Below, piece by piece: positions 61,286 to 64,000 of a stretch of 64,000 bases of DNA. Source of the DNA: an uncultured Verrucomicrobiae bacterium. Its GTDB lineage: Bacteria > Verrucomicrobiota > Verrucomicrobiia > Chthoniobacterales > Chthoniobacteraceae. The notes under the pieces are model-generated. The model ran no database searches, was not told the DNA's origin, and worked only from the letters and a program-made list of their open reading frames with translations. The DNA is taken from positions 32,001-96,000 of the forward strand of contig CAWHEP010000009.1 of the NCBI GenBank assembly GCA_963828525.1. Reading direction: 5' to 3'. How positions within the stretch are numbered: the stretch's first letter is position 1; every line of letters starts with the position of its first letter. A program made the translations under genes and the position numbers.

Positions 61286-63973
61286 TTATTTCTCCGCGGG
61301 TTGCGCCGAAGGCGCGGGTCGCACAATAGCGATCACGTTCGGCTTGTTCTCAAAATACTTGCTCGCAATACGTTTTACATCCTCAAGCGTCTCCGATTCG
61401 ATCTTTGCTCGCTCGATTTTGTAGTGGTCATATCCGAGTCCATACAGTTCGTCCAGAGCGCAGGCGTAAGAGAAAGCGTCATTGCTCTGGTTTCGGATTT
61501 CCATCTGCCCGACAGATTTTTCCTTCGCTCGCGTCAGTTCCTCCGGCGTCAGTCCATCCCGGCTCAGCTTCCCAATTTCGTCCAGCAGCTCAGCCTTGAC
61601 CAAATCCACTTTCTGCGGTGATGTGCCGAGGTAAAAAATAAACGGCCCATTTGTAAGCCCGGGCCCCTGACTGGCGCCAACGAAATAAGCAAGGCCCAGC
61701 TTCTCGCGTATCCTCACAAAAAACCGCGAGCCCAAGTCGCTCGAAGCCTCATCAATCAAATCGAGCGCATACCGATCCGGACTGAAAAGATCAGCCCCCA
61801 GATACCCGACCATCAGAATGGCTTGGGCCTTGTCCTTCGGTTCCTCCACGACGATCTGTCTGGCGAGTGGAACGGGGGCCGGTGGGCTAACAAGCGCCTC
61901 TTCTCCGGGGGGGAGCTTCCCGAGCGTCCTTTCGAGTTGAGCCTTCACTTCGGCGGCTTTCACGTCCCCAAAGACCGCCACTACTCCATTCCGTCCGACG
62001 GTGTGCTTCCGGTAGAACGCGAGCAACTCAGCCCGTGTCAGTTTTGCAACGCTCTCAGGAGTGCCGTTGCTCCGTAACCCGTAAGGATGTGAGCCGAACA
62101 GGCTCGAGCGCATGAGATTGCGCGCCACCGATGTCATCTCTTCCTCTTCAGCCTTTATCCCCGCGAGTTGCAGTTCTTTTTCGCGAGCGATCTCGTTCTC
62201 CGGCATCGTGGCGTTTAGTAGCACGTCCGACAGAAGCTCGAGACCTAGACCAACGTCGGGCTGCATCATTCGCACGGATACACTGAGGCTGTTGTTCCCT
62301 GCATCACTTCCAATGCTCCCGCCCACAGACTCGATCTCGTCCGCGATCTGCTCGGAGTCGCGTTTCTTCGTTCCCTTCACCATCACATGCGCCGTTAATC
62401 TCGTGATGCCATTATCAGCGGCAGTCTCAGCAAGAAGACCGGCCTTGAACACCGCCACTGCGGAAACCAGCGGCAGCCTCGGATCCTCCCTCACCAGAAC
62501 CCTCATTCCATTCGAAAGCTCGAATTTCTGAATTTCGCCAGCGGAGATTGCCACGCTCTTTTCCGCCCCGGCATGAAGAGAGCCGATCGGGTTCAGCGAT
62601 GTGACACTCAGATTTGAGTCCGCGAAGTAGGTCAGGAGGACGCGCTTCACATCAGCCGCCGAGACCCGCTGTATCGCCTCAAGGTAATCATGCGAAAAAT
62701 TCAAGTTTCTGGTTGTGAGCCAGTTTGACCCGAGGTCCGAAGCTTTCCCGCGCATCGAAGTGAGCGACTGCAATTGGTTGTTCAGCGAGAGCTTTTTCGC
62801 TTTTTCCAGTTCCTCTTCCGTCACCCCCGTTCTCTTCGCTTCGGCAAGGATCGCCAGGATCGCTTTCTCCGCTTCTTCCCGTTTGTCGGGATCCAGAATC
62901 GCGCTCACGCCAAACAACCCGGCGTCTGAGGGGGAGTAGGCGAACGCCGAAATCGTATGCACAAGGCCCGTCTCCTCCCGCAGCCTTTTGTTAAGCCGCG
63001 AGCTTCGCCCATCCCCAAGGATCGCCGATAGAAGATCCAGGGCCGGGATGTCAGGATGGGTAATGCGGGGGATGTGCCAGGCCAGATTCAACCGCGTTAA
63101 TTCTGTCGGGAACTCCTTGTGCGAATCCCGCCGCCCAAGTTGCTGCGGTTCCTCGGGGATATACACAGGCGGCAGGCTGCGCTGGGGATACTTCCCGAAG
63201 AGATGCTGCACTTGCGCATGCACGGCATCGGCATCCACATCGCCGACCACCACGAAGAATAGGTTATTTGGCACATACCGCGTCTTATAATAAGCCATCA
63301 CCTCGTCGCGGGTCAGCTTATTGTAGATCGCGAGATGCCCGATCACGGGAAGCCGATAGGGATGAGTCTCGTACGCCGTCGCGAAAAGCTCCAGCGAACT
63401 CATCCGGTCTGGATTGTCGTAACCCATGGCGAACTCACGCCGGATTACCTCCTGCTCCTTCACATACTCCTCTGGAGGCAGAGTGGAATTCATCATCGCG
63501 TCGGAGAGGATCTCCAGCGCGTTTGCCGTGCCCTTGCTTGGCGTGTCTATCCAGAACACCGTCCTGTCATACGAGGTGTAGGCATTGATATAACCGCCAG
63601 TATCTTGAATTTTCTGCGCGATCTGGTTCGTTGAGCGTGTCTCAGTCCCTTTGAACAGCATGTGCTCCAGGATGTGTGAGAGCCCGGCGCCGAGATGCTT
63701 GTCCTCGTCAATGCTCCCCGTCTCGCACCACGCCTGCACACTCGTTACCGGGGCGCTGTGATCCTCCTGGACAATCAATGTCAAGCCGTCGGGCAGCGTC
63801 CACTTCCGCGCGGTCGTTCGAGGAAAGATAATCCCGTCCTTGCGTTCAGATAACGCCGCGTTCCTGGCATTTTTTGGTTCAACGGTCTGCGTGGACTCCG
63901 AGGGAGCGTCCGCGAATGTGGTGCTTAGCATAAAGGAAAAGATTGGCAGCAGGGAGCGCGCAAAGCGTCTCAT
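61286..63973 (-). CDS. M16 family zinc metallopeptidase (pitrilysin/PqqL-like, four domains)
   Basis: HILEHMLFKG inverted zinc motif, NAYTS; inactive second half; alternative start at 63931. Confidence 0.92.
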   Translation of the reverse strand: MRRFARSLLPIFSFMLSTTFADAPSESTQTVEPKNARNAALSERKDGIIFPRTTARKWTLPDGLTLIVQEDHSAPVTSVQAWCETGSIDEDKHLGAGLSHILEHMLFKGTETRSTNQIAQKIQDTGGYINAYTSYDRTVFWIDTPSKGTANALEILSDAMMNSTLPPEEYVKEQEVIRREFAMGYDNPDRMSSLELFATAYETHPYRLPVIGHLAIYNKLTRDEVMAYYKTRYVPNNLFFVVVGDVDADAVHAQVQHLFGKYPQRSLPPVYIPEEPQQLGRRDSHKEFPTELTRLNLAWHIPRITHPDIPALDLLSAILGDGRSSRLNKRLREETGLVHTISAFAYSPSDAGLFGVSAILDPDKREEAEKAILAILAEAKRTGVTEEELEKAKKLSLNNQLQSLTSMRGKASDLGSNWLTTRNLNFSHDYLEAIQRVSAADVKRVLLTYFADSNLSVTSLNPIGSLHAGAEKSVAISAGEIQKFELSNGMRVLVREDPRLPLVSAVAVFKAGLLAETAADNGITRLTAHVMVKGTKKRDSEQIADEIESVGGSIGSDAGNNSLSVSVRMMQPDVGLGLELLSDVLLNATMPENEIAREKELQLAGIKAEEEEMTSVARNLMRSSLFGSHPYGLRSNGTPESVAKLTRAELLAFYRKHTVGRNGVVAVFGDVKAAEVKAQLERTLGKLPPGEEALVSPPAPVPLARQIVVEEPKDKAQAILMVGYLGADLFSPDRYALDLIDEASSDLGSRFFVRIREKLGLAYFVGASQGPGLTNGPFIFYLGTSPQKVDLVKAELLDEIGKLSRDGLTPEELTRAKEKSVGQMEIRNQSNDAFSYACALDELYGLGYDHYKIERAKIESETLEDVKRIASKYFENKPNVIAIVRPAPSAQPAEK

Positions 63974-64000
63974 GTCAGCTTGCCGGCTGGCCGCTCCCCC

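Overview
A gene-dense, GC-rich bacterial chromosome window. It is most likely from Verrucomicrobiota, Chthoniobacterales/Spartobacteria-like; this is inferred from an Amuc_1098-1102 pilus-like cluster, a PEP-CTERM remnant and kinase/FGE-domain fusions. Most genes are housekeeping: ruvX, truA, ccsA-hemA-hemC-cobA/hemD, carA, manC-psd-pssA-gpgS-gpmI, tRNA-Gly, aroF, rnd-rho-coaE, aroD, a complete urease operon, ubiX, galK, kdsA-lptCAB-hpf-hprK-ptsH-ptsI-rpe and an M16 peptidase. The left edge carries a glycan cassette (two epimerases, two CgeB-like glycosyltransferases, ino1). The best candidate for an undescribed system is at 7.7-14.2 kb. It has a frameshift-hidden GrpE-like gene, a lid-less Hsp70 with altered J-domain docking residues, and an HPD-less J-like/TerB-like-repeat/FGE-sulfatase protein. 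These converge on a membrane pseudokinase with an extracytoplasmic FGE-sulfatase domain. Many single-base frameshifts between about 1.9 and 35 kb hit core genes and are probably assembly errors. No CRISPR array, rRNA, integrase or transposase was seen. All family calls come from motif recognition by eye, not from database searches.
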